From: a virus
IMG/VR virus record: IMGVR_UViG_3300034013_000240
Span: 3,414-67,413 of that record
Strand: one strand, 5' to 3'
Length of the DNA: 64,000 nt
The notes beneath the pieces were generated by a model, which searched no databases, was not told the origin of the DNA, and saw nothing but the letters and a program-made list of their open reading frames with translations. The position numbers and the translations under genes were made by a program. Shown here piece by piece: positions 26,583-37,170 of the stretch; the first letter of the stretch is position 1, and each line of letters begins with the position of its first letter.

Positions 26583-28797
26583 TATATACAAAGTAATTGA
26601 TTGTATTCCTCAAAAAGATTTAGATCGTTTAAACCGAAAGAAAGAGTGGAAGTATGGGTATAATCCAGAGTTTGACGTAATAGTAATATCTAAAGATGGA
26701 ACTGTTGGTGAGGTTTATGATATACAAAATTTAAAAGTAGCTCTTCCATTAGCCCCTAAAGTAATTAAAAAAAGAGATAAGAATACATCTGAACAGTACT
26801 GGGAGGCTGACGAATATCCGAAAGAATTATCTAAAATAAAGACGATATTTCAATGGAATCAAATGCCATCAGACTTTATAAATAAATGGACTCCTTACAT
26901 TGATAAAGAATTTGACAAAAGAGAGGAGGGTACTTTTTTTATGAACAATGGAAAACCTTCTTATATAACTGGTTCTCATTATATGTATTTGCAATGGACA
27001 AAAATAGATATTGGTCTTCCTGAGTTTCGTGAGAGTAATAGAATATTTTGGATATTTTGGGAGGCTTGTAAAGCTGACTCAAGATGTTTTGGTATGTGTT
27101 ATTTAAAAAATAGACGTTCTGGTTTTTCTTTTATGGGGTCATCTGAATTAGTAAACACAGCTACAATATCAAAAGATAGTCGTCTTGGTATTTTATCCAA
27201 AACTGGTCCAGATGCCAAGAAAATGTTTACAGATAAAGTTGTTCCTATATCAAATAATTACCCTTTCTTTTTTAAACCAATTATGGATGGTATGGATAAA
27301 CCAAAGACTGAATTGTCTTATAGAGTTCCTGCATCTAAAATTACAAAGAACAACATGGGGAATGAAGTTGATGAGATGGAAGGACTTGATACATCTATTG
27401 ACTGGAAAAACACTGGGGATAACTCTTATGATGGGGAAAAACTAAAGTTGCTTATTCATGATGAAAGCGGTAAATGGACAAGACCAGATAGTATTATAAA
27501 CAACTGGAGGGTTACGCAAACTTGTTTGAGGGTAGGTAGAAGATTGATAGGTAAATGTATGATGGGAAGTACATGTAACTCACAAGCAAATGGAGGAGCA
27601 AACTTTAAAAAATTATACAGTGATTCTGATGTGGTTAAAAGAGATAAAAACGGTAGGACGGTAAGTGGATTATATTCTTTATTTATACCTATGGAATGGA
27701 ATTTCGAGGGTTACATTGATTTGTATGGTTTCCCGGTATTTAGAACTCCTGAAAAACCAATTAGAGACATTCAAAGTGGTTATATTTACGATGGGGTTTT
27801 GGATTTTTGGGAAAATACAGTTGAGTCATTAAAGAAAGATTCAGACGCTCTTAATGAGTTTTATAGACAAAATCCAAGAACAGAAGGGCATGCTTTTAGA
27901 GATGAAGCAAAAAACTCTTTATTCGATTTATCTAAAATATACGAGCAAATAGATTTTAATGATGGTTTAGACCACAATAGAATAATCAATACTGGTAAGT
28001 TTTCTTGGAAAAATGGAGTAAAAGATTCTGAAGTTGTGTGGATACCTAGTAGAGATGGTAATTTTAAAATTTCCTGGTTTCCAAATAAATCATTAACCAA
28101 TGGAATAGAGATTCGTAATGGTAAAAAATACCCAACAAATTCACACATAGGTGCGTTTGGTTGTGATACGTATGATATATCTGGAGTTGTTGGTGGCGGA
28201 GGCTCAAAAGGTTCTCTACACGGACTAACTAAATTCAATCTTGATGACGCTCCTAGTAATCATTTCTTTTTAGAGTACATTGCTAGACCTAGAACGGCAG
28301 AGGAGTTTTATGAAGATTGCTTGATGGCTTGTGTTTTTTATGGTATGCCTATACTTATAGAGAATAATAAAGTAGGTCAATTAAAGTATTTTTTAAATAG
28401 AGGATACTCAGGATTTTCAATGAGGAGACCAGATAAGCACAAGAACGATTTAAACTCCTCAGAAAAAGAATTAGGAGGTATTCCGTCTTCAATACAGACA
28501 ATAGAGTTACATTCAAACGGAATAGAAGCTTACATTAATCAGCACGTTGGTATTGACTACAGTGGAGAATATAGAGAGGAGGGTTCAATGGGTAATATGT
28601 ATTTCAATAGAACTCTTCTTGATTGGGCAAATTATGATGTAAATAACAGAACAAAGTTTGATGCAACTATCAGTAGTGGATTAGCTATCATGGCTAACCA
28701 AACGATAGTTAAAAAGCCTATTAAGAATGATAGTAAAATAATGTTTAATTTTGCAAGATATTCAAATAAAGGAATGCACAGCGAATTAATAAAGTAA
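26503..28797 (+). CDS. terL: terminase large subunit
   Basis: Walker A-like KNRRSGFS, Walker B LLIHDESGK, MGST coupling motif, nuclease GCD…ENN…FD; exact start uncertain. Confidence 0.9.
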   Translation: MEQKKQRKMSQNLKHLQKEEAEAVNLSIYKVIDCIPQKDLDRLNRKKEWKYGYNPEFDVIVISKDGTVGEVYDIQNLKVALPLAPKVIKKRDKNTSEQYWEADEYPKELSKIKTIFQWNQMPSDFINKWTPYIDKEFDKREEGTFFMNNGKPSYITGSHYMYLQWTKIDIGLPEFRESNRIFWIFWEACKADSRCFGMCYLKNRRSGFSFMGSSELVNTATISKDSRLGILSKTGPDAKKMFTDKVVPISNNYPFFFKPIMDGMDKPKTELSYRVPASKITKNNMGNEVDEMEGLDTSIDWKNTGDNSYDGEKLKLLIHDESGKWTRPDSIINNWRVTQTCLRVGRRLIGKCMMGSTCNSQANGGANFKKLYSDSDVVKRDKNGRTVSGLYSLFIPMEWNFEGYIDLYGFPVFRTPEKPIRDIQSGYIYDGVLDFWENTVESLKKDSDALNEFYRQNPRTEGHAFRDEAKNSLFDLSKIYEQIDFNDGLDHNRIINTGKFSWKNGVKDSEVVWIPSRDGNFKISWFPNKSLTNGIEIRNGKKYPTNSHIGAFGCDTYDISGVVGGGGSKGSLHGLTKFNLDDAPSNHFFLEYIARPRTAEEFYEDCLMACVFYGMPILIENNKVGQLKYFLNRGYSGFSMRRPDKHKNDLNSSEKELGGIPSSIQTIELHSNGIEAYINQHVGIDYSGEYREEGSMGNMYFNRTLLDWANYDVNNRTKFDATISSGLAIMANQTIVKKPIKNDSKIMFNFARYSNKGMHSELIK

Positions 28798-28798
28798 T

Positions 28799-31222
28799 AT
28801 GGATAAAGATTTTTCAATACCTAATGTATATTTTCCAGACCAATTAGCCTCTGACGAAGTAAAAAGGAGCGAGCAATATGGATTGAGTGTGGGTCATAGC
28901 ATACAAGGAGAATGGTTTCGCAAGACATCATTGAATGGCTCTAGGTTTTACACCAATAGAGACCATTTTCATAAGTTAAGATTATATGCTCGTGGAGAAC
29001 AATCTGTTCAAAAGTACAAGAAAGAAATGTCAACTAATGGCGATATATCTTATTTGAACTTAGACTGGACACCATTACCTATTATACCTAAATTTGTTGA
29101 CGTAGTTGTTAATGGTATGTCTGGAAGACAGTACGAAGTAAAAGCTGATGCTATAGATAGTATTTCTTCAGATAAAAAAAACAGATACAAAGTAGAGATA
29201 GAGAAGGCTATGGTTTCCGCCCCTTTATTGAAAGATGCGAAAGAACTTTTAGGAGTTGATATGTATCCAATACCAGAAGAAGAGATGCCTCAGAACAAGC
29301 CTGAGTTAGACCTTCACATGGAGTTTTATAAAGACGAGATTGAGGTAGCTGAAGAAAAAGCTATTGACAACGTGTTAAAAATGAATAATTATGATTTAAT
29401 CAAGAGAAGAATAGATGAGGATGCTACCGTATTAGGTGTGTCTGCCGCTAAACATGCTTTTGATACGCATAATGGAATTAAATTAGAGTATTGCGATCCA
29501 GCAAATATGATATGGAGTCCTACTGAAGACCCTACATTTCAAGATTGTTATTACTTTGGTGAGGTTAAAAATGTAAACATAACAGAATTAAAAAAGATTA
29601 ACCCTAATTTATCTCAAGAAGACATTAAGGAGATAGCTAAAATGGCTTCTAAGTGGGATGCTTATCAAAACATTCAAGGCGGAAATTCTTTAGGTGGGAA
29701 TATAAATAATAATAGCGCAACGCTTCTTTATTTTGCTTATAAAACAGATATGAATATTGTTTATAAGAAAAAAAAGAATCAAAATGGCGGTGATAGAGTT
29801 ATCAAAAGAGATGATTCATTTGAAGGTCCAAAAACAAATGATGCTCAATTTGATAAATTATCTAAAAGAATAGATGTATGGTATGAAGGTGTATTGGTTT
29901 TAGGAACTAATCACTTACTTAAATGGGATTTAATGAAGAATATGGTTAGACCAAAATCTTCTATCTCTAAGGTTTACCCTCCATACGTTATGTCAGCACC
30001 TAGAATGTATAGAGGAGCTATTGATTCATTAGTTAAAAGAATGATTCCTTTTGCTGACCAAATCCAATTAACTCATTTAAAACTGCAACAAGTTATATCC
30101 GGGATGAAACCTGATGGTGTTTATTTGGATATAGATGGATTAAACTCTATTAATCTTGGTAATGGAATGGAATACACTCCAGAGCAAGCTCTTAATTTGT
30201 ATTTTCAAACTGGTAGTGTTATCGGTAGAAGTTATACTGAAGATGGAGAATATAATCAAGGTAAAATTCCTGTTCAAGAATTAACGTCTTCAGGAGCTAA
30301 TGCTAAGATACAATCTATGGTCAGCATGTATAATCATTATTTAGATATGATTAGGTCTGTAACTGGCTTAAATGAAGCGAGAGATGGTAGTATGCCGGAT
30401 GAGAATAGTTTGGTTGGTCTTCAAAAATTAGCTGCATTAAACTCAAATACAGCAACAAAGCATATCCTTCAAAGTGGTTTATTCATGACGAGAAGATTAG
30501 CTGAGTGCATTTGCTATAGAATGTCTGATGTATTGGAGTATTCTGATATGAAAGATGATTTCGCTACAATGATTGGTAGTGGTTCTGTAGATATGATTGA
30601 AAAGATAAAAGAACTTCACTTGTATAACTTTGGTATTTATATTGATTTAATGCCGGATGAAGAAGAAACTCAATTACTTAATCAAAACATACAAGCTGCT
30701 TTGGCATCTGGTAAAATAGATATTGATGATGCTATTGATATTAGAAACGTTAAGAACGTAAAGATTGCATCTCAATTATTAAAGGTTAAAAAGAAAAGAA
30801 AAGAGGAGAGAGACCAGGAAATGCAAAGTAAGACAATGCAAAGTCAAGCTCAAAGCCAGGCTCAATTAGCTCAAGCTACTTCTCAATCTAAAATGCAATT
30901 AATCGAGGCAGAGAGTAATGGAGATATTCAATTAGAGCAAATTAAACATCAAAACGAGATGGAGAAAATGCAGATTGAATTTCAAATGAAGTCTGAATTA
31001 ATTAAGTTGCAACAAGGTTTTCAAGGTCAAATGAAACAAAGTGAGATTGAATTAAAAAACCAAAAGGAAGAGGAGAAAGAAGATAGGAAAGATAAAAGAA
31101 CAAAAATACAAGCTACTCAACAATCTAAGATGATTAATCAAAGACAACAAGACTTAGATCCTATTGATTTTGACGAAGATGATAATCTTGGAGAGTTTGA
31201 TAATTTATTCAAAATTGAATAA
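28799..31222 (+). CDS. portal protein
   Basis: 807 aa directly after TerL; 'IIPKFVDVVVNG', 'TGLNEARDG'; Gln-rich coiled-coil C-terminus. Confidence 0.85.
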   Translation: MDKDFSIPNVYFPDQLASDEVKRSEQYGLSVGHSIQGEWFRKTSLNGSRFYTNRDHFHKLRLYARGEQSVQKYKKEMSTNGDISYLNLDWTPLPIIPKFVDVVVNGMSGRQYEVKADAIDSISSDKKNRYKVEIEKAMVSAPLLKDAKELLGVDMYPIPEEEMPQNKPELDLHMEFYKDEIEVAEEKAIDNVLKMNNYDLIKRRIDEDATVLGVSAAKHAFDTHNGIKLEYCDPANMIWSPTEDPTFQDCYYFGEVKNVNITELKKINPNLSQEDIKEIAKMASKWDAYQNIQGGNSLGGNINNNSATLLYFAYKTDMNIVYKKKKNQNGGDRVIKRDDSFEGPKTNDAQFDKLSKRIDVWYEGVLVLGTNHLLKWDLMKNMVRPKSSISKVYPPYVMSAPRMYRGAIDSLVKRMIPFADQIQLTHLKLQQVISGMKPDGVYLDIDGLNSINLGNGMEYTPEQALNLYFQTGSVIGRSYTEDGEYNQGKIPVQELTSSGANAKIQSMVSMYNHYLDMIRSVTGLNEARDGSMPDENSLVGLQKLAALNSNTATKHILQSGLFMTRRLAECICYRMSDVLEYSDMKDDFATMIGSGSVDMIEKIKELHLYNFGIYIDLMPDEEETQLLNQNIQAALASGKIDIDDAIDIRNVKNVKIASQLLKVKKKRKEERDQEMQSKTMQSQAQSQAQLAQATSQSKMQLIEAESNGDIQLEQIKHQNEMEKMQIEFQMKSELIKLQQGFQGQMKQSEIELKNQKEEEKEDRKDKRTKIQATQQSKMINQRQQDLDPIDFDEDDNLGEFDNLFKIE

Positions 31223-31270
31223 ATTTTATTCATAACTTTGCAAAAATTTAATTCAATAAACAAATAGATT

Positions 31271-32329
31271 ATGAGTGTTACGTTTAAAGCGGTTGGTTCT
31301 GACGAACAACCATCTATTCAAGAACAAGAAATTCAAATTCAACAAGAGTTTGATGAGCAAAGTTCAGGTGATAGTTTAGAGATTGAGTCTCAAGATTTAG
31401 AGGTTCAAGATAATAGTTCTGATATTGATGATGCAAGAGTTTTAAATTATTTAAAAGATAGGTATCAAAAAGAATATAGCTCGTTAGACGAGGTTTTAAC
31501 AAGTAAAGAAAAAGCCGAGCTACCGGAAGATGTAAAAAAACTAATGGAGTTTGGTGTTGATAATTATATTAAAATCAACAAGGATTGGGATGCTGCTAAA
31601 GATGCTGATGTATTAAAAGAGTATTACAAACAAACAAAGCCGCATCTTGATGACGAAGACGTTAATTATTTATTAGAGGAAGAGTATTCTTTTGATGAGG
31701 ATATTGATGACGAAAGGGATATTAAGAAAAAAAGAGTGGCTTTAAAAGAAGAATTGTTTAGAGCAAAAACTTATCTAAATAATTTAAAGGAACAATACAA
31801 GGTAGATTTAGGGGCTAACTCTGCTGGTGTTACTGAGGATTATAAGAAGGCTTTTGATTTCTATCAAGAATACGAACAACGTTCAAATAAAGAGTCTGAA
31901 ACTGCTCAACAAAAAGCGAGTGTGTTCAACGAAAAAACTGAGAAATTATTTTCTAACGACTTTAAAGGTTTTGAGTTTAATTTAGGAGATAAAAAACAAG
32001 TTTACAAACCAAAAGATGTAAATGAAACCAAAAGGGTTCAATCAGATATATCTAGCGTTATCGGAAAACACATTAGCGAGGATGGAACATTGAAAGATGC
32101 TCACCAGTATCACAAAGCATTAGCCATGTTTAGAGACCCTGATGGGGTTGCAAAGTTCTTTTACGAACAAGGCAAAGCCGATGCTACTGATGGAGTTATT
32201 AAAAATGTAAAGAATATCGACATGTCTGTTAGAGATAGAAAAGATGTTTCTGATACAGGTTCTGGTCCTAGAATAAGAGTTGTCAATGATGACGATTTTA
32301 GCGGAGGTTTAAAGATTAAAAAACGATAA
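31271..32329 (+). CDS. capsid scaffolding protein
   Basis: Acidic, helical, lies between portal and MCP; TAACTTTG promoter at 31233. Confidence 0.7.
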   Translation: MSVTFKAVGSDEQPSIQEQEIQIQQEFDEQSSGDSLEIESQDLEVQDNSSDIDDARVLNYLKDRYQKEYSSLDEVLTSKEKAELPEDVKKLMEFGVDNYIKINKDWDAAKDADVLKEYYKQTKPHLDDEDVNYLLEEEYSFDEDIDDERDIKKKRVALKEELFRAKTYLNNLKEQYKVDLGANSAGVTEDYKKAFDFYQEYEQRSNKESETAQQKASVFNEKTEKLFSNDFKGFEFNLGDKKQVYKPKDVNETKRVQSDISSVIGKHISEDGTLKDAHQYHKALAMFRDPDGVAKFFYEQGKADATDGVIKNVKNIDMSVRDRKDVSDTGSGPRIRVVNDDDFSGGLKIKKR

Positions 32330-32361
32330 ACACAAAAATTAACAATTAAAACAATTAAAAA

Positions 32362-33732
32362 ATGGCATTAGAAACCGTTTCATTTGCAGGTAATTCAATC
32401 TCTGGAGCACCTCAATTAACACCAACGCCTGTTAAGGCTACATTATCTACTAACTATGTAGGTACATTTGACTTTTTGTCACACGAACTTCCTGATTTGT
32501 ACGAAAAAGAATTTGAAAGATTCGGTAATCGTTCTATCGCTTCATTCTTGCGTATGGTAGGAGCAGAAATGCCATCTACATCTGACTTGATTAAATGGAG
32601 TGAGCAAGGTCGTTTACATATTTTTGGTACAGCTACAAAAGCTTCATCTACAACTATCGAGTTCGATGCTGCTCACGGAGTTAGATTAAACCAAACTATC
32701 ATCATCCAAGATTCATCAAATTCTGCCGTTGTTAAAGCGTTAGTAACTGGAATCAATGTTGACGGTGTAACTATTACTGTAGCTCCTTACTCTGCTGCTG
32801 ACCTAACTGCGTTAACCACAACTGCATCTGCATTGAAAGTTTTCGTTTATGGTTCTGAGTTCAAAAAAGGAACTGCCGGAATGCAAGGTTCATTAGAGGC
32901 TAAATCTGAAATTTTTGACACTAACCCAATTATCATTAAAGATAAATATGAGGTTAATGGTTCAGATATGGCTCAAGTAGGCTGGATTGAAGTAACGACT
33001 GAAAATGGTGCAACTGGATACCTTTGGTATTTAAAATCAGAGCACGAAACTCGTTTACGTTTTGAGGATTACTTAGAAATGTCTATGGTTGAAGGAGAGC
33101 CTGCTGTTGCTGGATCTGCTGCTACAACTGCTGGATACAAAGGTACTAAAGGTTTGTTCTACGAAGTAGCAAACAGAGGTAATGTAGGTACTGGTAATAT
33201 TACTGAGAGAGAAGATTTAGAAAACATTATCAAAGTGTTGGATAAAGAAGGTAGTATTCAAGAAAACGTATTATTCGTTAATAGAAAAACATCTTTTGAA
33301 ATTGACAAAGTATTGGCTTCTATTTCTAATGCAAACACGTCTTTAGCATCTTATGGTTTATTCGATAATGATACTGACATGGCATTGAATTTAGGTTTTA
33401 AAGGTTTTAACTTAGGTTATGATTTCTATAAAACTGACTGGAAATACTTAAACGATGCTACAACTCGTGGTCTTGTTTCTGATATTGATGGTGTATTAGT
33501 TCCTGCTGGTACAATGACTGTTTACGACCAAGTAATGGGTAAAAACGCAAAACGACCTTTCTTACACGTAAGATATAGAAAATCTGAGACAGAAGATAGA
33601 AAATACAAATCATGGATTGTAGGTTCTGCTGGTGGAGCTTCTAACACTGACGTAGATAGTATGTCTGTAAACTTTTTATCGGAAAGATGTTTAGTTGTTT
33701 TAGGTGCGAACAACTTTATGTTGCTAAAATAA
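32362..33732 (+). CDS. major capsid protein
   Basis: 456 aa, strongly biased codons, followed by a strong terminator; 'W.EQGRLH', 'RFEDYLEMSM', 'FYKTDWKYLND'. Confidence 0.85.
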   Translation: MALETVSFAGNSISGAPQLTPTPVKATLSTNYVGTFDFLSHELPDLYEKEFERFGNRSIASFLRMVGAEMPSTSDLIKWSEQGRLHIFGTATKASSTTIEFDAAHGVRLNQTIIIQDSSNSAVVKALVTGINVDGVTITVAPYSAADLTALTTTASALKVFVYGSEFKKGTAGMQGSLEAKSEIFDTNPIIIKDKYEVNGSDMAQVGWIEVTTENGATGYLWYLKSEHETRLRFEDYLEMSMVEGEPAVAGSAATTAGYKGTKGLFYEVANRGNVGTGNITEREDLENIIKVLDKEGSIQENVLFVNRKTSFEIDKVLASISNANTSLASYGLFDNDTDMALNLGFKGFNLGYDFYKTDWKYLNDATTRGLVSDIDGVLVPAGTMTVYDQVMGKNAKRPFLHVRYRKSETEDRKYKSWIVGSAGGASNTDVDSMSVNFLSERCLVVLGANNFMLLK

Positions 33733-33752
33733 AAAATAACACACGCATTTAT

Positions 33753-33786
33753 AAAAGGAGTAGATTAATTTCTACTCCTTTTTTTT
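33753..33786 (+). terminator. intrinsic terminator after MCP
   Basis: AAAAGGAGTAGA-ttaatt-TCTACTCCTTTTTTTT. Confidence 0.85.
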
Positions 33787-33843
33787 GTTTATATAAAAAT
33801 ATTAATTATCTTTGCGGAAGAACTTTTATTAAATAAAAATTAT

Positions 33844-34659
33844 ATGAAAAAATGCAATGCATGCAGAGAAGAAAAAGAAGTCTCTGAATTTAATTCAAAC
33901 AAGAGCAATAAGGATGGTTTGTCTAGGCAATGTAAAGACTGTAAAAAAAAGATAGATAGAGAATATCGATCTAAAAAGAGAGAATATAATAGCCTTAATG
34001 ACGTGAGCTATGAGGGCGTTATTACTTGTCACGTTTGTAAAAATGAAAAGAAAAAAACAGAATTCAATAAAAACAAAAATACATCTACTGGATTATCTTA
34101 CGAATGTAAAAAATGTCAGTCAGAAAGAAGTAATAATTACTACAAAAAAAATAAAGACGAGCAGTTGTTTAAGCAAAAAGAGAGGTATTTAAACGTTAGA
34201 GAAGAAAAGTTGTTATACCAAAAAATATATCAAAGAAATAATAAAGAAAAAATAAAAAAATATCTCACTGAGTATAATTTAAAAAACAAAGATAGAAAAA
34301 ATGAGAGATCAAGAGTTTATAATGCAAAGAGAAAATCAGAGGATCCAGTGTATAAGTTTAAAGTAAATACTAGAAGTATGATATATTGTTCTTTTAAAAG
34401 ATATAATAGTAAAAACTATGTAAAGTCTCAAAAAACAGAAGAGATATTAGGTTGCAGTATGGACTTTTTTGCTGAATACATCTCCTCTTTATTTCAAGAA
34501 GGCATGTCTTTAAGCAATCACGGAGAGTGGCATTTAGACCATATCACTCCTTTAGCGTCTGCAAATACAGAAGAAGAAATAATAAAACTAAATCATTATA
34601 CAAATATACAACCGTTATGGGCAGTTGATAACATGTCTAAAGGTAAAAAAATACTATAA
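33844..34659 (+). CDS. HNH homing endonuclease with two zinc fingers
   Basis: CxxC pairs; 'WHLDHITPLASA…LNHYTNIQPLWAVDNMSKG'; TATCTTTG promoter at 33807. Confidence 0.85.
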   Translation: MKKCNACREEKEVSEFNSNKSNKDGLSRQCKDCKKKIDREYRSKKREYNSLNDVSYEGVITCHVCKNEKKKTEFNKNKNTSTGLSYECKKCQSERSNNYYKKNKDEQLFKQKERYLNVREEKLLYQKIYQRNNKEKIKKYLTEYNLKNKDRKNERSRVYNAKRKSEDPVYKFKVNTRSMIYCSFKRYNSKNYVKSQKTEEILGCSMDFFAEYISSLFQEGMSLSNHGEWHLDHITPLASANTEEEIIKLNHYTNIQPLWAVDNMSKGKKIL

Positions 34660-34703
34660 AATTAATTTGTACTTTTGCAAAACAATTTTAATAAAATTTA
34701 ATC

Positions 34704-35471
34704 ATGGCAAGACCAACTACAAAAGTTGTACAGACAACTAAAGAATTTGAATCAAAAAATAGAGTTTATCTATTAAAAGGAAACACAACACCTATTACGT
34801 TAATGCTGCGTTCAAAGCATTCTTCTGGAAAACCACTTTTATATTATGATGGAAAAAGCAATAGAGCTTTAAGATGGAGCGACAATCAATCATCTCCTTT
34901 TGTTGATGAGCAAGATGGATTCGCTGTTTGCCCACCAATTGTTTTTGAGAACGGACAACTATCTGTTCCAAAAGAAAGTATTGAGTTGCAAAGATTCTTA
35001 TCTATTTATCACCCAGATAGAGATGTGGTTTATTATGAATTTGATGCTGAAGAAAGAGCTGCTGAAGAATATGACAAACTTAATGAAGAGCTAGAGGCTC
35101 AAATTTTAGTAAAAGAAATGTCTATCGAAGATTTAGAAGCTATTGCGAGAGTGGTTTTAAAATCAAAAGTCGATAGAATGGCTTCGTCTGAAATCAGAAG
35201 AGATATGTTATTATTCGCTAAGAACAATCCAAGAGAGTTGAAAGATTTAATTGATGATGATTCTTTGAAATTCAGAAATATTGCGATTAGAGCTGTTGAT
35301 ATGGGAATTATTAAAATCAGTAACGATGGTAGAAATATTTCTTGGGGAGGAGCAAAAGGAGAGAAAATTGTAACTATTCCTTTTGGTGAAAATGCTTATT
35401 CTGCATTAGCCTCTTACTTCTTGACCGATGAAGGAATGGATGTGCTTACGGCAATCTCTAATAAACTATAG
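34704..35471 (+). CDS. virion-module protein
   Basis: 255 aa in the head/tail cluster; TACTTTTG promoter at 34670. Confidence 0.65.
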   Translation: MARPTTKVVQTTKEFESKNRVYLLKGNTTPITLMLRSKHSSGKPLLYYDGKSNRALRWSDNQSSPFVDEQDGFAVCPPIVFENGQLSVPKESIELQRFLSIYHPDRDVVYYEFDAEERAAEEYDKLNEELEAQILVKEMSIEDLEAIARVVLKSKVDRMASSEIRRDMLLFAKNNPRELKDLIDDDSLKFRNIAIRAVDMGIIKISNDGRNISWGGAKGEKIVTIPFGENAYSALASYFLTDEGMDVLTAISNKL

Positions 35472-35541
35472 GTCTTAGGACAGAACGAAATCTGGACAGC
35501 CTGAAGAGGGCAGGGTTTAGTTTAGACAGTCTTACATTAAA

Positions 35542-35571
35542 AGCACTCTCGAAAGGGGGTGCTATTTTTTT
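35542..35571 (+). terminator. intrinsic terminator
   Basis: AGCACTCTC-GAAA-GGGGGTGCT-ATTTTTTT. Confidence 0.8.
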
Positions 35572-35597
35572 ATTAACTTTGCACAAAACAATAATTC

Positions 35598-36287
35598 ATG
35601 ATAAACGACATTTATAACATTGTGCACTTTATAATAAATAAAGAGAGCAGGGGTTACATAACTCCATTTCAATTTAATTCTTTTGCTAAACAAGCTCAAC
35701 AAGAGATAGTTGATGGTTATTTCTATGAATATAATAAGTCTATTGCAAACAGAAACTCAAGGGTTGATTATAGGGAGGTTCTTAAAAAGATAAAAGAAAG
35801 TATGGATGTATTTGTAATGCCTCCTACTACATTAATTTACAATACTGTTAGCGGTCTTTTTTCTTCACCCCCTGACTTTTACACTACAATTACATTAATG
35901 TATAATGGTAAAGAAATAGATGAGGTTTCTAGAGAGAAATTAACTTATCACATGCAAGATGATTTCTCTGGAAATAACATATTCTATCCTACGTATGTTA
36001 AATATGGTAATGAATATCAAGTAATGCCATCTACAATTACCAGTGAGGTTAAATTGATTTATTTTAGAAATCCTAAAGACCCTAATTGGACATATCAATT
36101 ACTTGGAGATGATGCTATATTTAATCCATCAGCACCTGGATACCAAGATTTAGAGGTTGGTGTTGATGATAAATTTAAAATGATAACTAAGATATTAAAA
36201 TACGCTGGACTAAATATAAGAGAGGCTGACGTTGTTCAAGCCGCAGTTACTTTAGATCAACTAAATAATGCAGAACAAAAACAATAA
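35598..36287 (+). CDS. tail ring/adaptor protein
   Basis: 'NKE.RGYITP.QFN.FAKQAQ…Y.R.P..P.W.Y' resembles crAss-like ring proteins; TAACTTTG promoter at 35574. Confidence 0.7.
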   Translation: MINDIYNIVHFIINKESRGYITPFQFNSFAKQAQQEIVDGYFYEYNKSIANRNSRVDYREVLKKIKESMDVFVMPPTTLIYNTVSGLFSSPPDFYTTITLMYNGKEIDEVSREKLTYHMQDDFSGNNIFYPTYVKYGNEYQVMPSTITSEVKLIYFRNPKDPNWTYQLLGDDAIFNPSAPGYQDLEVGVDDKFKMITKILKYAGLNIREADVVQAAVTLDQLNNAEQKQ

Positions 36288-36297
36288 TTAACAAGAT

Positions 36298-37170
36298 ATG
36301 GCTCAATTAACTGATTACGAATACTACGAAAACGAAGGTAACTCTCCTCAAGACGCTAATTTCGGTATCTATCAATACATACACCTTAAAGATATTATAA
36401 ATAAATTCTATTTAATGTATGTTGGAGAAGATAAAGTAATAAATGATTGTAAAAGATACGAGATTGTATTTCATGCAAAAAGAGGATTACAAGAATTAAA
36501 TTATGATGTTGCTAGAGAAGTTCAGGCGTTAGAGTTAGATATTCCAGAAAATTTACAATTGCCTTTACCAAAAGACTACGTGAATTACGTTAGAATTAGT
36601 TGGGTTGATGAAGACGGTAAATTAAGACCTTTAGTCAGAAACAATCAAAGCGCAATAGCTGTTGGATATTTACAAGATAATAATTATAATATACTATTCG
36701 ACAATAACGGAGACGCTTTAGAAGGGACTACAAAGATAGAGACAAACTCATTAAAACCAAAGTCAAACAACATAAATGAGGGGGTTACATCTTATTTGTA
36801 CGGTCAAAGATTTGGTCTTGACGGTAAATCAGCTAATCAAAACGGAATGTTTATGATAGAGAAAAATCTTGGAATTATTAGATTTAGTTCAGAGCTTCAA
36901 GGAAAAACCATCGTTATAGAGTATATTTCTGATGGATTATCTGATATGTCAGAAGATGAGATAAAAGTTAATAAATTAGCTGAAAAATTCATATATCATT
37001 ACATTAAATACGAAATTTTAACAAATAAATACGGTGTTCAAGAATATATAGTGCAAAGAGCTAGAAACGAGTTTAGAGCAATCAGAAATAATACTAAAAT
37101 AAGAATGATGAATTTGAGGTACGATGAAATAATTCAATCTTTAAGAGGTCAAAATAACTGGGTAAAATAA
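36298..37170 (+). CDS. tail ring/structural protein
   Basis: 'FHAKRGLQELNYD…LPKDYVNYVRIS…IEYISDG'. Confidence 0.7.
   Translation: MAQLTDYEYYENEGNSPQDANFGIYQYIHLKDIINKFYLMYVGEDKVINDCKRYEIVFHAKRGLQELNYDVAREVQALELDIPENLQLPLPKDYVNYVRISWVDEDGKLRPLVRNNQSAIAVGYLQDNNYNILFDNNGDALEGTTKIETNSLKPKSNNINEGVTSYLYGQRFGLDGKSANQNGMFMIEKNLGIIRFSSELQGKTIVIEYISDGLSDMSEDEIKVNKLAEKFIYHYIKYEILTNKYGVQEYIVQRARNEFRAIRNNTKIRMMNLRYDEIIQSLRGQNNWVK

Noticed and set aside
35480-35512. Hammerhead ribozyme (CGAAA and CTGAAGAG present)
   Set aside because: Only about 10 nt lie between GAAA and CUGA, too short for stems III and I plus the cleavage triplet.
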